Part shown: in pieces, positions 1-13,536 of the stretch
Layout of the letters: each line of letters starts with the position of its first letter
Position numbering within the stretch: the stretch's first letter is position 1
NCBI GenBank assembly: GCA_965242525.1
Contig: OZ251459.1
Coordinates: 2,137,515-2,201,514, forward strand
Source of the DNA: an uncultured Candidatus Binatia bacterium
Lineage (GTDB): Bacteria > Desulfobacterota > Binatia > UBA9968 > JAJDTQ01
DNA length: 64,000 bases
Direction of reading: 5' to 3'
Notes under the pieces: generated by a model
Seen by the model: the letters and a program-made list of their open reading frames with translations, nothing else
Database searches by the model: none
What the model was told of the DNA's origin: nothing
Position numbers and translations under genes: made by a program

Positions 1-999
1 CCGCTCATGGAGATCGTCAGCGAGCCGGACATGCGGAGCCCCGACGAGGCCGGCGCGTACCTCAGGACCCTCCGGTCCATCCTCCAATACCTGGAGGTAT
101 GCGACGGCAACATGGAGGAGGGCAGCTTCCGCTGCGACGCCAACGTCTCGCTGCGGGCCCCGGGCGCCGACGCCCTCGGTGTCAAGGTCGAGATCAAGAA
201 CCTCAACTCCTTCAAGGCCGTGGAGAAGGCGTTGGAGTACGAGATCGGGCGGCAGGGCCGGGTGCTGTCGGAAGGGGGGGCGGTGGAGCAGGAGACGCGC
301 CTGTGGGACGCCGACCGGGAGGCCACGCGCCCCATGCGCTCCAAGGAGGACGCCCACGACTACCGCTACTTTCCCGACCCGGACCTGCTGCCCCTGGTCA
401 TCGACGACCGGTGGGTCGAGGAGATCCGCGCCACCCTGCCGGAGCTGGCCCGGAGCCGCCGGGAGCGTTTCCGGGAAGAGTACGGGCTGTCCGCGTACGA
501 CGCCGAGGTCCTCACCCAGCGGCGGGACGTGGCCGACTACTTCGAGGCCGCGGTCCGCGCCCACGCCAACCCCAAGGCCATCTGCAACTGGCTCACGGGG
601 GACCTCTTCCGGGCGCTCAAGGAGCGGAAGCTCGACGCCGCCCTGCGTATCGAAGCATGGCCGGTGCCGGCCGAAGACCTGGCCCGCATGGTGCAAATGG
701 TGGATGGCGGGACCATCAGCGGCAAGCTCGCCAAGACCGTCTTCACCGCCATGCTCGAAACCGGCAGGGACCCGGACGCCGTGGTCAGGGAGAAGGGGCT
801 GGAGCAGGTCTCCGACACCGGCGCCCTGGACGCCGCGGTGGACGAGGTGTTGTCCGCGTGCGCGGCCCAGGCCGCGGAGTTCCAGGCCGGCAAGGAGAAG
901 GTCTTCGGGTTCCTGGTGGGGCAGGTGATGAAGGCCACCCGGGGCAAGGCCAACCCGCAGATGGTCAACGAGATCCTCGGGCGGAAGCTGCGGGGCTGA
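1..999 (+). CDS. gatB: Asp/Glu-tRNA(Asn/Gln) amidotransferase subunit B, C-terminal ~330 aa (5' end outside window)
   Basis: ORF 7..999 stays open in frame to base 1. The translation carries GatB-typical segments (EEGSFRCDANVSLR, YRYFPDPDLLPL) and the YqeY-like tail (GQVMKATRGKANPQMVNEIL). Confidence 0.9.
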   Translation, partial: PLMEIVSEPDMRSPDEAGAYLRTLRSILQYLEVCDGNMEEGSFRCDANVSLRAPGADALGVKVEIKNLNSFKAVEKALEYEIGRQGRVLSEGGAVEQETRLWDADREATRPMRSKEDAHDYRYFPDPDLLPLVIDDRWVEEIRATLPELARSRRERFREEYGLSAYDAEVLTQRRDVADYFEAAVRAHANPKAICNWLTGDLFRALKERKLDAALRIEAWPVPAEDLARMVQMVDGGTISGKLAKTVFTAMLETGRDPDAVVREKGLEQVSDTGALDAAVDEVLSACAAQAAEFQAGKEKVFGFLVGQVMKATRGKANPQMVNEILGRKLRG

Positions 1000-1011
1000 C
1001 CCCGGGGTCAG
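996..1011. terminator. Perfect 16-nt palindrome CTGACCCCGGGGTCAG spanning both convergent stop codons (possible bidirectional hairpin)
   Basis: Read directly. The TGA of gatB (997-999) and the TCA (reverse TGA) of argJ (1008-1010) both lie inside the palindrome. There is no T-tract, so terminator function is uncertain. Confidence 0.25.
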
Positions 1012-2194
1012 GTGCGGTAGTCGGAGTTGATGCGCACGTACTCGTGGCCCAGGTCCGAGGTCCACACCGAGGCCCGGGCGTCGCCCAGGCCCAGACTGAT
1101 GCGCACCGTGAAGGACGGGCGCTGCATCACCCTGGCCGCGGCGTCCTCCCGGGCGCCCACCGCCACCCCCCGGCGCACCACCTTGACGCCCCCCAAGGCC
1201 ACGTCCACGGCCTCTTCCACCACCGGCGCGCCGGCGTTCCCCAGCGCCATCATGAAACGGCCCACGTTGGGGTCCTCGCCGAAGAAGGCTGTCTTCACGA
1301 GCTGGGAGTTGGCCACCGCGAAAGCCACCTTCCTGGCGTGGGCCCCGGTCCGGGCGCCGTCCACGCGCACCTCCACCAGCTTGGTGGCGCCCTCCCCGTC
1401 CGCCACCACCTTCAGCGCCAGATCCTTCATCACCCGGGTCAACGCGCGTTCGAGCGTCTCCTCGTCCGCGCTCCCGGGAGTGACCTCGGGGTTCCCGGCA
1501 AGGCCGTTGGCCATGCACAGCAGGGTGTCGTTGGTGCTGGTGTCCCCGTCCACGGTAATGGCGTGGAACGAGCCGTCCGCGGCCCGGCGCAGCATGGGCC
1601 GCAGGGAGGCCGCGGCAACGGCCGCGTCCGTGAGCACGTAGCACAGCATGGTGGCCATGTTGGGCGCGATCATGCCGGCGCCCTTGGCGAGGCCGGCCAC
1701 GCGCACGGCGCGGCCCCCGAGGCGGCATCGGGCCGCGGCCACCTTGGGGCCGTTGTCGGTGGTCAGGATGGCCTCGGCCGCGTCCCCGAGGCCGTCCGGG
1801 GACAACGCTGGCGCCGCGGCCGCGATGCCCGACTTGACCTTCTCCAACGGCAGCGGCGCCCCGATGATGCCGGTGGAGGACGGCAGGACCTGGCTCGCCG
1901 GGACGCCCAGGAGCCGGGCGGCCTCCTCGCAGACGGCTTCGGCGTCCCGGAAACCGCGGCGGCCCGTGCACGCGTTGGCGTTGCCGCTGTTGACCACCAC
2001 CGCCCGGATGCGCCCCCGGGCCACGCGCCGGCGGCCCGAAACGATGCTGGGGCTCCGGATCCGGTTGCGGGTGAACAACGCCGCGGCGGTGGCCGGGCGC
2101 TCGGATACGATCAGCGCCAAGTCCTTGCGGCCGCTCTCCTTGACGCCGCAGGCCACCCCGGCGAAGCGGAAGCCCGGCACCCTCGGCGGGGGCT

Positions 2195-2210
<16 letters not shown>
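1008..2210 (-). CDS. argJ: Bifunctional ornithine acetyltransferase / N-acetylglutamate synthase
   Basis: 400-aa reading frame from the ATG at 2208-2210 (verified as 'cat' on the + strand). Motifs include [13 protein letters not shown], the autoprocessing site [14 protein letters not shown], and GDTSTNDT. Confidence 0.9.
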
Positions 2211-5674
<3,464 letters not shown>

Positions 5675-5873
5675 GGCTCAAGGATAGCGGCTACGGAGGC
5701 CACATGCAATTTGTGAGGAAGGACGCATCGAAGGGACGGGTCGCCAATGATCGGAGCTAGCCATGGTGGAAAGCGGACCAGTCTCCATGACCTCAGTGGT
5801 CTTGCGGGACGGCTGAAGGATATCGAAACCGAACTTCGGAACGTCGAGAAGGAGGTCGAGTCCGCACGCGACC

Positions 5874-6923
<1,050 letters not shown>

Positions 6924-6989
6924 CGCGCCGCCGCGGTCCGGGACGCGGGCGCCCTCCCCCTCCGACGCCCTTTCCGCCGGGAACCTGAC

Positions 6990-8075
6990 ATGTTGCTCAT
7001 CGACAACGAGACCGTAGAGGAAATCCTCGACATGAAGGGGTGCATCGCGGCCCTGGAGACCGGCTACCGGGACCTGCTGGCGCAGCGTGCGGTGTACCGG
7101 CCCCGCATCGACCTGTACGTGCCCCAGGAAGAGCCCCACCGGATGTACCGTTGGGGCACCATGGAGGGCGCCAGCCGTTCCTTCGGGGTCTTCGCCATCC
7201 GCATGAAGTCCGACATGCTGGAGTGGCCCGAGGGCCGAACCGTGGAGAAATACTGCATGGAGCCCGGGACCTACTGCGGCCTCGTGCTGGTCTTCTCCGC
7301 GCAGAACGCCGAACCCCTGGCCATCATCAACGACGGCGTCATCCAGCACATGCGGGTGGGCGCCTGCGCCGGCCTCGCGGCCCGGTACCTGGCCCGGGAG
7401 GACGCATCGGTGGTGGGGATGCTGGGCTCCGGCGGCATGGCGGAGACCTACCTCCGGGCCTTCGCCGAAGTCCGGGAACTCCGGGAGGTCAAGGTCTATA
7501 GCCCCACCCCCGCCAACCGGGAAGCCTATGCGCGCAAGATGAACGAACTCCTCGGCATACCCGTGACCCCGCGCGAGACCGTGGAGGAAGTGGTGCGGGG
7601 CTCGGACATGGTGGCCACCTGCACCGATTCGGTCAGGGTGGTGGTAGAAGAACCCGGATGGGTGGAGGACGGCGCCTTCCTCACCTGCGTCCGCAGCAAC
7701 GAATGGAACCCGAAGGTCCTCGACCGCTGCGGCCTCACCGTCAAGCTCGGGCGCGGCACCATCCATACTCTGGACGAAGGCATGCAGCGCATCGCCGGGT
7801 ACGCCTCCTACGTGGCCGGCAGCGACCGCGAGACCGCCCGCATCGTCGCTCCCGGAGTCGATCTGTTCGCCGGCCAGTACCCCTTGCTCACCGAGGTCAT
7901 GGACGGCGCCGCCCCGGGCCGGAGCAACGATTCGCAGGTGGCCTTCTTCCTGAACGACGGCACCCAGGGACTGCAATTCGCCTCGGTGGCAGGCTACGTG
8001 GTGCACCGGGCGCGGGATCTCGGGGCGGGCCGGGAGATCCCCAGGGAATGGTTCACCCAGGACATACGCGATTAG
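6990..8075 (+). CDS. Ornithine cyclodeaminase / mu-crystallin family protein
   Basis: 361 aa with Rossmann motif VVGMLGSGGMAETYLRAF and a family-like N-terminus (EEILDMKGCIAALETGY). The substrate cannot be inferred. Confidence 0.7.
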   Translation: MLLIDNETVEEILDMKGCIAALETGYRDLLAQRAVYRPRIDLYVPQEEPHRMYRWGTMEGASRSFGVFAIRMKSDMLEWPEGRTVEKYCMEPGTYCGLVLVFSAQNAEPLAIINDGVIQHMRVGACAGLAARYLAREDASVVGMLGSGGMAETYLRAFAEVRELREVKVYSPTPANREAYARKMNELLGIPVTPRETVEEVVRGSDMVATCTDSVRVVVEEPGWVEDGAFLTCVRSNEWNPKVLDRCGLTVKLGRGTIHTLDEGMQRIAGYASYVAGSDRETARIVAPGVDLFAGQYPLLTEVMDGAAPGRSNDSQVAFFLNDGTQGLQFASVAGYVVHRARDLGAGREIPREWFTQDIRD

Positions 8076-8123
8076 CCGTACGGAAACTCTCGCGGGGGAA
8101 CGGCAATCCAGGGAGAGAGACTC

Positions 8124-9113
8124 ATGCTCAAGGTGATTCCGGTGGAAGAAGCGGTGGGGATGCGCCTGGCCCACGACATTACCGAGATCATACCGGGGGG
8201 CCACAAGGGTCCCCGGTTCAAGCGGGGGCACCTGATCGCCCAAGAGGACGTGCCAAGGCTGCTGGACGTGGGCAAGGCCCACATCTACATCATGGAGCTG
8301 GCCCCGGACGAACTGCACGAAGAAGACGCCGCCCTCCGGCTGGCCCGGGCCGCCGCGGGAGGCGGCCTCAGGCTCTCGGACCCGAGCGAGGGCCGGGTCA
8401 ACCTGGTGGCGGAAGGGGACGGACTGCTGGAGGTGGACCAGGATCGGCTGTTCCGCTTCAACGAGTTGGGGGACCTGATCCTGGCTACGCTGCGTTCGGG
8501 GGAGTTCGTCCGGGAAGGCACGGTGGTGGGAGGCACGCGCACCATCCCGGTGGTGGTGAAGGAAGACTTGGCGGCCCGGGCCGAAGCCCTGTGCAAGGAC
8601 GGGCCCATCGTATCAGTGGCGGCCATGCCCGCACGGAAGGTCTTCCTGCTGGTGACCGGAAGCGAGGTCTTCACCGGCCGCATCGTGGACGGCTTCGAGC
8701 CGGTGGTGCGCAAGAAGGTGGAGCGCATGGGCTCGACCCTGGAGCCCGCGGTCCTGGCCCCGGACGACCCGGACGTCATCGCCGGCCACATCCGGGAGTT
8801 CGCCGCCGGGGGCGCCGACGTCATCCTGGTGAGCGGCGGCATGTCCGTGGACCCTGACGACCTCACCCCCGAAGGCATCCGCCGAAGCGGCGCGGACGTG
8901 GTGTCCCACGGCTTCCCGGTGCTCCCCGGGTCCATGTTCCTCATGAGCTACCTGGGAGACGTGCCGGTCCTCGGCCTGTCCGGGTGCGTCCTCCACGACC
9001 CGATCACCGTCTTCGATTTCATGCTGCCCAAACTGCTGGCGGGCGCCCGTGTCACCCGCTGCGGCATCCTGCGCATGGGCCACGGCGGACTCCAGAAGAA
9101 GCACGACCACTGA
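8124..9113 (+). CDS. Molybdopterin-binding (MoCF-biosynthesis / MoeA-CinA-like) domain protein
   Basis: 329 aa. The C-terminal half resembles the MoCF_biosynth fold (KVFLLVTGSEVFTGRIVDGF, ADVILVSGGMSVDPDDLTPEGI). The assignment is by resemblance only. Confidence 0.55.
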   Translation: MLKVIPVEEAVGMRLAHDITEIIPGGHKGPRFKRGHLIAQEDVPRLLDVGKAHIYIMELAPDELHEEDAALRLARAAAGGGLRLSDPSEGRVNLVAEGDGLLEVDQDRLFRFNELGDLILATLRSGEFVREGTVVGGTRTIPVVVKEDLAARAEALCKDGPIVSVAAMPARKVFLLVTGSEVFTGRIVDGFEPVVRKKVERMGSTLEPAVLAPDDPDVIAGHIREFAAGGADVILVSGGMSVDPDDLTPEGIRRSGADVVSHGFPVLPGSMFLMSYLGDVPVLGLSGCVLHDPITVFDFMLPKLLAGARVTRCGILRMGHGGLQKKHDH

Positions 9114-9131
9114 CACCGGACAGGCGTCAAC

Positions 9132-9158
9132 AAACGTCAATACATCGTATTGACGTTT
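9132..9158. promoter_or_regulatory. Perfect 12-bp inverted repeat (AAACGTCAATAC-atc-GTATTGACGTTT) overlapping a -35-like TTGACG; candidate operator/promoter of the RHH operon
   Basis: Read directly. TTGACG lies at 9150-9155, followed by a 17-nt spacer and TATCCA at 9173-9178. An in-frame GTG at 9186 sits 8 nt after the -10-like hexamer, which would give a near-leaderless mRNA. It could instead be a hairpin ending the upstream gene. Confidence 0.4.
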
Positions 9159-9677
9159 ACCCGTGTTTCCTGTATCCAACTCATCGTGGCGAAGACTGGA
9201 CAGTTGCAGGTTCGCGTCAGTGCGGACGAGAGGGAGCGTATCAGGCAGCGCGCGGAAAACGCGGGCATGACCGTATCCGAATGGGTGCTCAGGCAGTTGC
9301 TGCCGCCCGTCGAGGATGAGTTCCAGGGGCTTTGCCTCGGTCTTGCGGAGCGGCCCGAATTCCGCACCCACGCCCTGGCCCATCTCCATGACTTCTTCCG
9401 GCGTCTGGGCGAACGGGAATTCTCCCTGGCCGTGCGGTACCCGCCGCAGGTGGAGTTGGCGCCGTTCGAGGCAAATTACGTGGCGGCGATGGTGGAGTAC
9501 GCCGCGGTCCTCAAGGGGGCGCCGATGCCGGATTGGACCCGGGACGTGCCGCCCCTGGAGACGCCCTGGTTCGCCGCCCCCGAACGGAGCTTGCGGCTGC
9601 ATCTGCTCACGCAGTCGCCGCCGCCGTTCCGCCGGCGCAACCTGTTCGTGGACGCCAGCGTCGGGAGCCGGGCATGA
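9150..9677 (+). CDS. Ribbon-helix-helix (CopG-like) domain protein, antitoxin-like
   Basis: The N-terminal segment QLQVRVSADERERIRQRAENAGMTVSEWVLRQLL is a typical RHH motif. The stop overlaps the next gene's ATG in an ATGA junction at 9674-9677. The true start may be the GTG at 9186. Confidence 0.6.
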   Translation: MTFTRVSCIQLIVAKTGQLQVRVSADERERIRQRAENAGMTVSEWVLRQLLPPVEDEFQGLCLGLAERPEFRTHALAHLHDFFRRLGEREFSLAVRYPPQVELAPFEANYVAAMVEYAAVLKGAPMPDWTRDVPPLETPWFAAPERSLRLHLLTQSPPPFRRRNLFVDASVGSRA

Positions 9678-10240
9678 CGCCGCTGGCCCGAGAGGACATC
9701 CTCCGTTTGCTGCAACGGCTGAACGACGAGTTGGCGCGCGATGGCGTGTGCGGGGAACTCTACCTGGTCGGGGGCGCGGTGTTGTGCCTTGCCTTCGACG
9801 CTCGCCGGACGACGGTGGACCTCGACGGGTTCTTTCGTCCATCGCGCGAGATGCGTACGGCCGCGCGACGAGTCGCCGCGGCCGAAGGGCTGAACGACGA
9901 CTGGCTGAACGACAGCGCCAAGGGGTTTCTCAGTAGCAAGGGGGACTTCCGACAACATCTGGCGCTGTCCAACCTGCGCGTGCTCACGGCCAGCCCGGAA
10001 TACCTGCTGGCGATGAAGTGTCTGGCCATGCGCCTCGGCGGAGAGTTCCACGACCGGGAGGACGTCAGGTTCCTGCTCCGTTACCTGAACGTCACGCAGC
10101 AGGACGCAGCCCTGGAGATGGTGAGCCGCTACTACCCGCCGGAAAAGATCCCGCAGAAGACGTTCTACGCGCTCGCGGAAATGGTCGAAGACCTGGCGGC
10201 AGCACAGGGTGTTGCACCCGCTTCGACCGGCAAGTGTTGA
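9674..10240 (+). CDS. Minimal nucleotidyltransferase-fold protein (AbiEii/DUF6036-like), toxin-like partner
   Basis: 188 aa from the ATG verified at 9674. LYLVGGAVLCLAFDARRTTVDLDGFF matches the GG...R.T.DLD nucleotidyltransferase signature. It is translationally coupled to the RHH gene. Confidence 0.55.
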   Translation: MTPLAREDILRLLQRLNDELARDGVCGELYLVGGAVLCLAFDARRTTVDLDGFFRPSREMRTAARRVAAAEGLNDDWLNDSAKGFLSSKGDFRQHLALSNLRVLTASPEYLLAMKCLAMRLGGEFHDREDVRFLLRYLNVTQQDAALEMVSRYYPPEKIPQKTFYALAEMVEDLAAAQGVAPASTGKC

Positions 10241-10352
10241 TACTCCGTCAGGTGTAGAGCGTCGTCCGACTACAAGGGTCCGAAAGGCCGAAGTAGTAGG
10301 CGGGCCCGTCCCGTTGAACGGGTCCCTGCGATGCAACCCGGGGCCGAGGTGC

Positions 10353-10358
10353 TATACT
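10353..10358 (+). promoter_or_regulatory. Extended -10 element TGcTATACT upstream of the AAA/PD-(D/E)XK gene
   Basis: TG at 10350-10351 and TATACT at 10353-10358, only 10 nt before the ATG at 10369. No clear -35 was found. Confidence 0.3.
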
Positions 10359-10368
10359 GTTTGTCGCC

Positions 10369-11961
10369 ATGCGCTTCTTCAACACGTCGGGCCCCGTGGT
10401 CGCCGAAGACCACTACCGCATCCCGCCGCTGCAACGGGTGGATCTGGGCGAGGTCCTGGAGTTGATCCGGAGCAAGCGCTACTTCGTGCTCCATGCCCCC
10501 CGACAGACCGGCAAGACCTCCGTCCTGCTCGCCTTGCGGGACCTGCTGAACAGCGGCGCGGAGGGGGATTTCCGTTGCGTTTACGGAAACGTCGAGGCCG
10601 GTCAGGCTGCCCGGGAGGACGTGGGAGAGGCCATGCGCGCCGTCCTGGGCGAACTGGCGTCCAGGGCACTATCCTTGCACGACGAGTTCCCGGACGGCGC
10701 TTGGCCCGACATCCTCGCAAGGTCGGGTCCCCACGGAGCTCTCGGAGAGACCTTGACCCGCTGGTGTCGGGCGGACCCTCGCCCTCTGGTGCTGCTCATG
10801 GACGAGGTCGATTCCCTGGTGGGCGACACGCTCATCTCCGTGCTCCGCCAGTTGCGCGCAGGCTACGACCGGCGTCCCGAGGAGTTTCCGCACAGCGTGG
10901 TGTTGTGCGGCGTGCGTGACGTGCGCGACTACCGCATCCGGTCGAGCTCGGAGAACGCGGTGGTGGCCGGGGGCAGCGCGTTCAACATCAAGGCCGAATC
11001 CCTGCGCCTCGGGGACTTCACGGAAGCCGAAGTGCGCGCGCTGCTCAGCCAGCACACCACGGAGACCGGGCAGGCGTTCACCCCGGCGGCGCTGGATGCG
11101 GTCTGGCGGCAGACCCGCGGGCAGCCGTGGCTGGTCAACGCGCTCTGCCACCAGGCCTGCTTCCGCAACGAGGCCGGGCGCGACCGCTCCCACGCCATCA
11201 CCCACGACGACGTCCTCGACGCCCAGGAACAACTCATCCTGCGCCGGGAGACCCACCTCGACCAACTCGCCGACAAGCTCCGGGAAGACCGCGTCCGCCG
11301 GGTGGTGGAGCCGCTGCTGACCGGCGGCGAGCCCCGGTACGGTTCGCGGGACCTGGAGTACGTGCGCGACCTGGGCTTGGTCACACGGGAGTCCCCGCCG
11401 CGCATGGCCAACCCCATCTACGCCGAGGTGGTGCCGCGGGAACTGTCCCACGTGGTCCAGGACAGCCTGGAACAGGAAGTGGCCTGGTACGTGGACGCCG
11501 AGGGCGGCCTCGACATGGACAAGCTGCTCGCCGCCTTCCAGACGTTCTTCCGGGAACACTCGGAACACTGGCTGGGGCGCTTCGACTACGCCGAAGCCGG
11601 TCCGCAACTCATCCTGCAGGCATTCCTCCAGCGGGTCGTGAACAGCGACGGCCGCGTCGAGCGGGAATACGGCCTGGGAAGGGGACGAACCGACCTGCTC
11701 ATCCTCTGGCCCCGGAAAGGCCGGGAAGCACCGGAACCCGCCGTGGACAAGTTCGTCATCGAGTGCAAGGTCCTGCACAAGAGCCTGGAGCAGAGCATCC
11801 GCGAAGGCCTGGAGCAGACCGCGGGCTACATGGACCGTTGCGCCGCCCAGGCCGGCCACTTGGTGGTCTTCGACCGAAACCCGGACAGGCAGTGGGACGA
11901 AAAGATCTTCCGCCGGGACGAGTCCGTGGACGGGCGGGCGGTTACCGTGTGGGGGATGTAG
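10369..11961 (+). CDS. AAA-type ATPase with C-terminal PD-(D/E)XK nuclease-like domain
   Basis: N-terminus MRFFNTSGPVVAEDHYRIPPLQR, Walker A HAPRQTGKTS, Walker B LVLLMDEVDSL, and a C-terminal GRTDLLILWP...KFVIECKV (D...E.K) motif. Confidence 0.7.
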   Translation: MRFFNTSGPVVAEDHYRIPPLQRVDLGEVLELIRSKRYFVLHAPRQTGKTSVLLALRDLLNSGAEGDFRCVYGNVEAGQAAREDVGEAMRAVLGELASRALSLHDEFPDGAWPDILARSGPHGALGETLTRWCRADPRPLVLLMDEVDSLVGDTLISVLRQLRAGYDRRPEEFPHSVVLCGVRDVRDYRIRSSSENAVVAGGSAFNIKAESLRLGDFTEAEVRALLSQHTTETGQAFTPAALDAVWRQTRGQPWLVNALCHQACFRNEAGRDRSHAITHDDVLDAQEQLILRRETHLDQLADKLREDRVRRVVEPLLTGGEPRYGSRDLEYVRDLGLVTRESPPRMANPIYAEVVPRELSHVVQDSLEQEVAWYVDAEGGLDMDKLLAAFQTFFREHSEHWLGRFDYAEAGPQLILQAFLQRVVNSDGRVEREYGLGRGRTDLLILWPRKGREAPEPAVDKFVIECKVLHKSLEQSIREGLEQTAGYMDRCAAQAGHLVVFDRNPDRQWDEKIFRRDESVDGRAVTVWGM

Positions 11962-11994
11962 ATATCGAGAGGTCAACACAATGACCGACAGGTA

Positions 11995-12023
11995 TTGACA
12001 CTTCACGGAGTATGGAGTATAGG
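11995..12023 (+). promoter_or_regulatory. Sigma-70-like promoter of the low-GC operon (-35 TTGACA, 17-nt spacer, -10 TATAGG)
   Basis: TTGACA at 11995-12000 and TATAGG at 12018-12023, read directly. It lies in the 110-nt gap exactly where GC content drops. Confidence 0.4.
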
Positions 12024-12071
12024 CCCCGACTAACTGATGCTTGGCCGCTTTCCCATGACAGGAGTTGTACC

Positions 12072-13106
12072 GTGACAGAACACCACAAAATGCTCGAGGT
12101 GAATCAAATTGACTTCGACACTGAAAATCCCAGGATAAAAATGGCGTTGGAGAAATACGGTAGCCGTCTGAATGCCGAGCGCATTCATTTTGCCTTGCGC
12201 TCCGCTACCGAAGGTTCCAGCGGTACTTCGTCCTACTCCAGCCTGAGAGATTCAATACGCTCTAGTCATGGGGTCATCGCGCCAATCATCGTAAGACCTA
12301 AAGGCCACAGCTACGTCTGCATCGACGGAAATACCCGCCTGGCGATCTACAAACAGTTTCAAAGAGAAGAAATAGAAGGAGATTGGAGCAAAATCAAAGC
12401 CATTGTTCTCGATCATGCCGAACAGCGCGATATCGAAACCGTCCGTGTATCGGCACACCTGGTTGGCGCCCGAGAATGGCCTGCCTACGAAAAGGCAAGG
12501 TATCTTCATTATCTCCGTAATCAGCAGTGTATGGATTACAGCGAAATGATAGCTCTCTGTGGCGGCAACAAAAACGAGATCGAACGTCAGATCGACGCAT
12601 ACCACGACATGAACTCATATTACCGAGATAAGGTGGACGACACCGCTTTTCGTATCGACCGTTATAGCGGATTCGTAGAACTTCAACGGCCGCAGGTCAA
12701 GCAAGCCATTTTTGACGCAGAATTGGACCTAGAGGATTTTGGCGAGTGGATCCGCGATGGCAAAATATACCGCTTGGAGGATGTCCGCAAGTTGCCGAAA
12801 ATCCTTCGAGACGATGAAGCCAAGCGGGTTTTCCTTGAAGGTGGACCTCGCTCAATAGAAGACGCCATGAAGGTTCTCGATCAGAGAACAGGGATCGGGG
12901 ACTCTACGGACAAGGGGCAGACCAGAGTAGAACATGCCACCATCTACGAACTCGCGGACGCGCTCAGCCGGCGAATCAATGACATGCCCTATTCGCAAGT
13001 ACGGGAATTGCGGGAGAAGACTGACGACGACACGGCAGATCAAATTACGCGATTAGAAGATCTATCCGTCAGGCTACGTAATTTGCTGAACGATGTCACA
13101 GAGTGA
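12072..13106 (+). CDS. ParB/Srx-fold N-terminal domain protein (ParB-like 1)
   Basis: INQIDFDTENPR...PIIVRPKGHSYVCIDGNTRLAIY matches the ParB N-domain pattern (DGN.R...A). The preferred start is the GTG at 12072, preceded by AGGAG 7 nt upstream. The ORF-track ATG at 12012 and the ATG at 12090 are alternatives. It is a paralog of 15008..16051. Confidence 0.7.
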   Translation: MTEHHKMLEVNQIDFDTENPRIKMALEKYGSRLNAERIHFALRSATEGSSGTSSYSSLRDSIRSSHGVIAPIIVRPKGHSYVCIDGNTRLAIYKQFQREEIEGDWSKIKAIVLDHAEQRDIETVRVSAHLVGAREWPAYEKARYLHYLRNQQCMDYSEMIALCGGNKNEIERQIDAYHDMNSYYRDKVDDTAFRIDRYSGFVELQRPQVKQAIFDAELDLEDFGEWIRDGKIYRLEDVRKLPKILRDDEAKRVFLEGGPRSIEDAMKVLDQRTGIGDSTDKGQTRVEHATIYELADALSRRINDMPYSQVRELREKTDDDTADQITRLEDLSVRLRNLLNDVTE

Positions 13107-13536
13107 AACACACAGAAACCTGGTCCTCCAGGTCGCAAGAGCAATTGAGGACCGTTATGCCCAAATATCCGTCATTACCGATTTGCAGCAGAACCCTGGA
13201 GATACAGTGCCACCAATGATCTGCGGCCACCGCCCTGATGTTTACGCCTACGAAGAAGTACAGCGCCTCTGCATCGTTGCAGAGGCCAAGACCGATTCGG
13301 ACCTCGACAATCTTCATACGCAACGCCAGTTGATGGCCTTTATCAACTATCTTAGCGACAGAGAAAAGAGCTTGTTCATCTTGTCGGTAAAGGGCACCAA
13401 GTCCGACCACGGGAAGACTCTGCTGCGGTTCACTCATCGACTTCTGGCTGTAAAGAACGTGCCTCTTGAAATTTTCGATGGTCATGATTTCTGGTCCTTC
13501 AACCTACAGGACGAAACTACGTGGCATTTACTTTGA
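13093..13536 (+). CDS. Small PD-(D/E)XK-like (restriction-endonuclease fold) protein
   Basis: 147 aa. GHRPDVYAYEEVQRLCIVAEAKT fits the D-x(n)-E-x-K arrangement. It overlaps the upstream gene by 14 nt and the downstream gene by 16 nt. Confidence 0.45.
   Translation: MSQSETHRNLVLQVARAIEDRYAQISVITDLQQNPGDTVPPMICGHRPDVYAYEEVQRLCIVAEAKTDSDLDNLHTQRQLMAFINYLSDREKSLFILSVKGTKSDHGKTLLRFTHRLLAVKNVPLEIFDGHDFWSFNLQDETTWHLL

Noticed and set aside
5675-5873. Possible Moco riboswitch in the 200-nt leader upstream of moaA
   Set aside because: The position is right and local hairpins exist (for example GGAACCTCGGGGTTCC). I could not reproduce the conserved Moco-motif core from memory with confidence. A cmscan against Rfam RF01055 is needed, so it is not reported as a feature.
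12012-12071. ORF-track ATG start at 12012 for the first ParB-like gene
   Set aside because: It would begin 6 nt before the predicted -10 hexamer at 12018-12023 and add 20 non-conserved residues. The GTG at 12072 has an AGGAG Shine-Dalgarno sequence 7 nt upstream. This remains uncertain; the ATG at 12090 is also possible.
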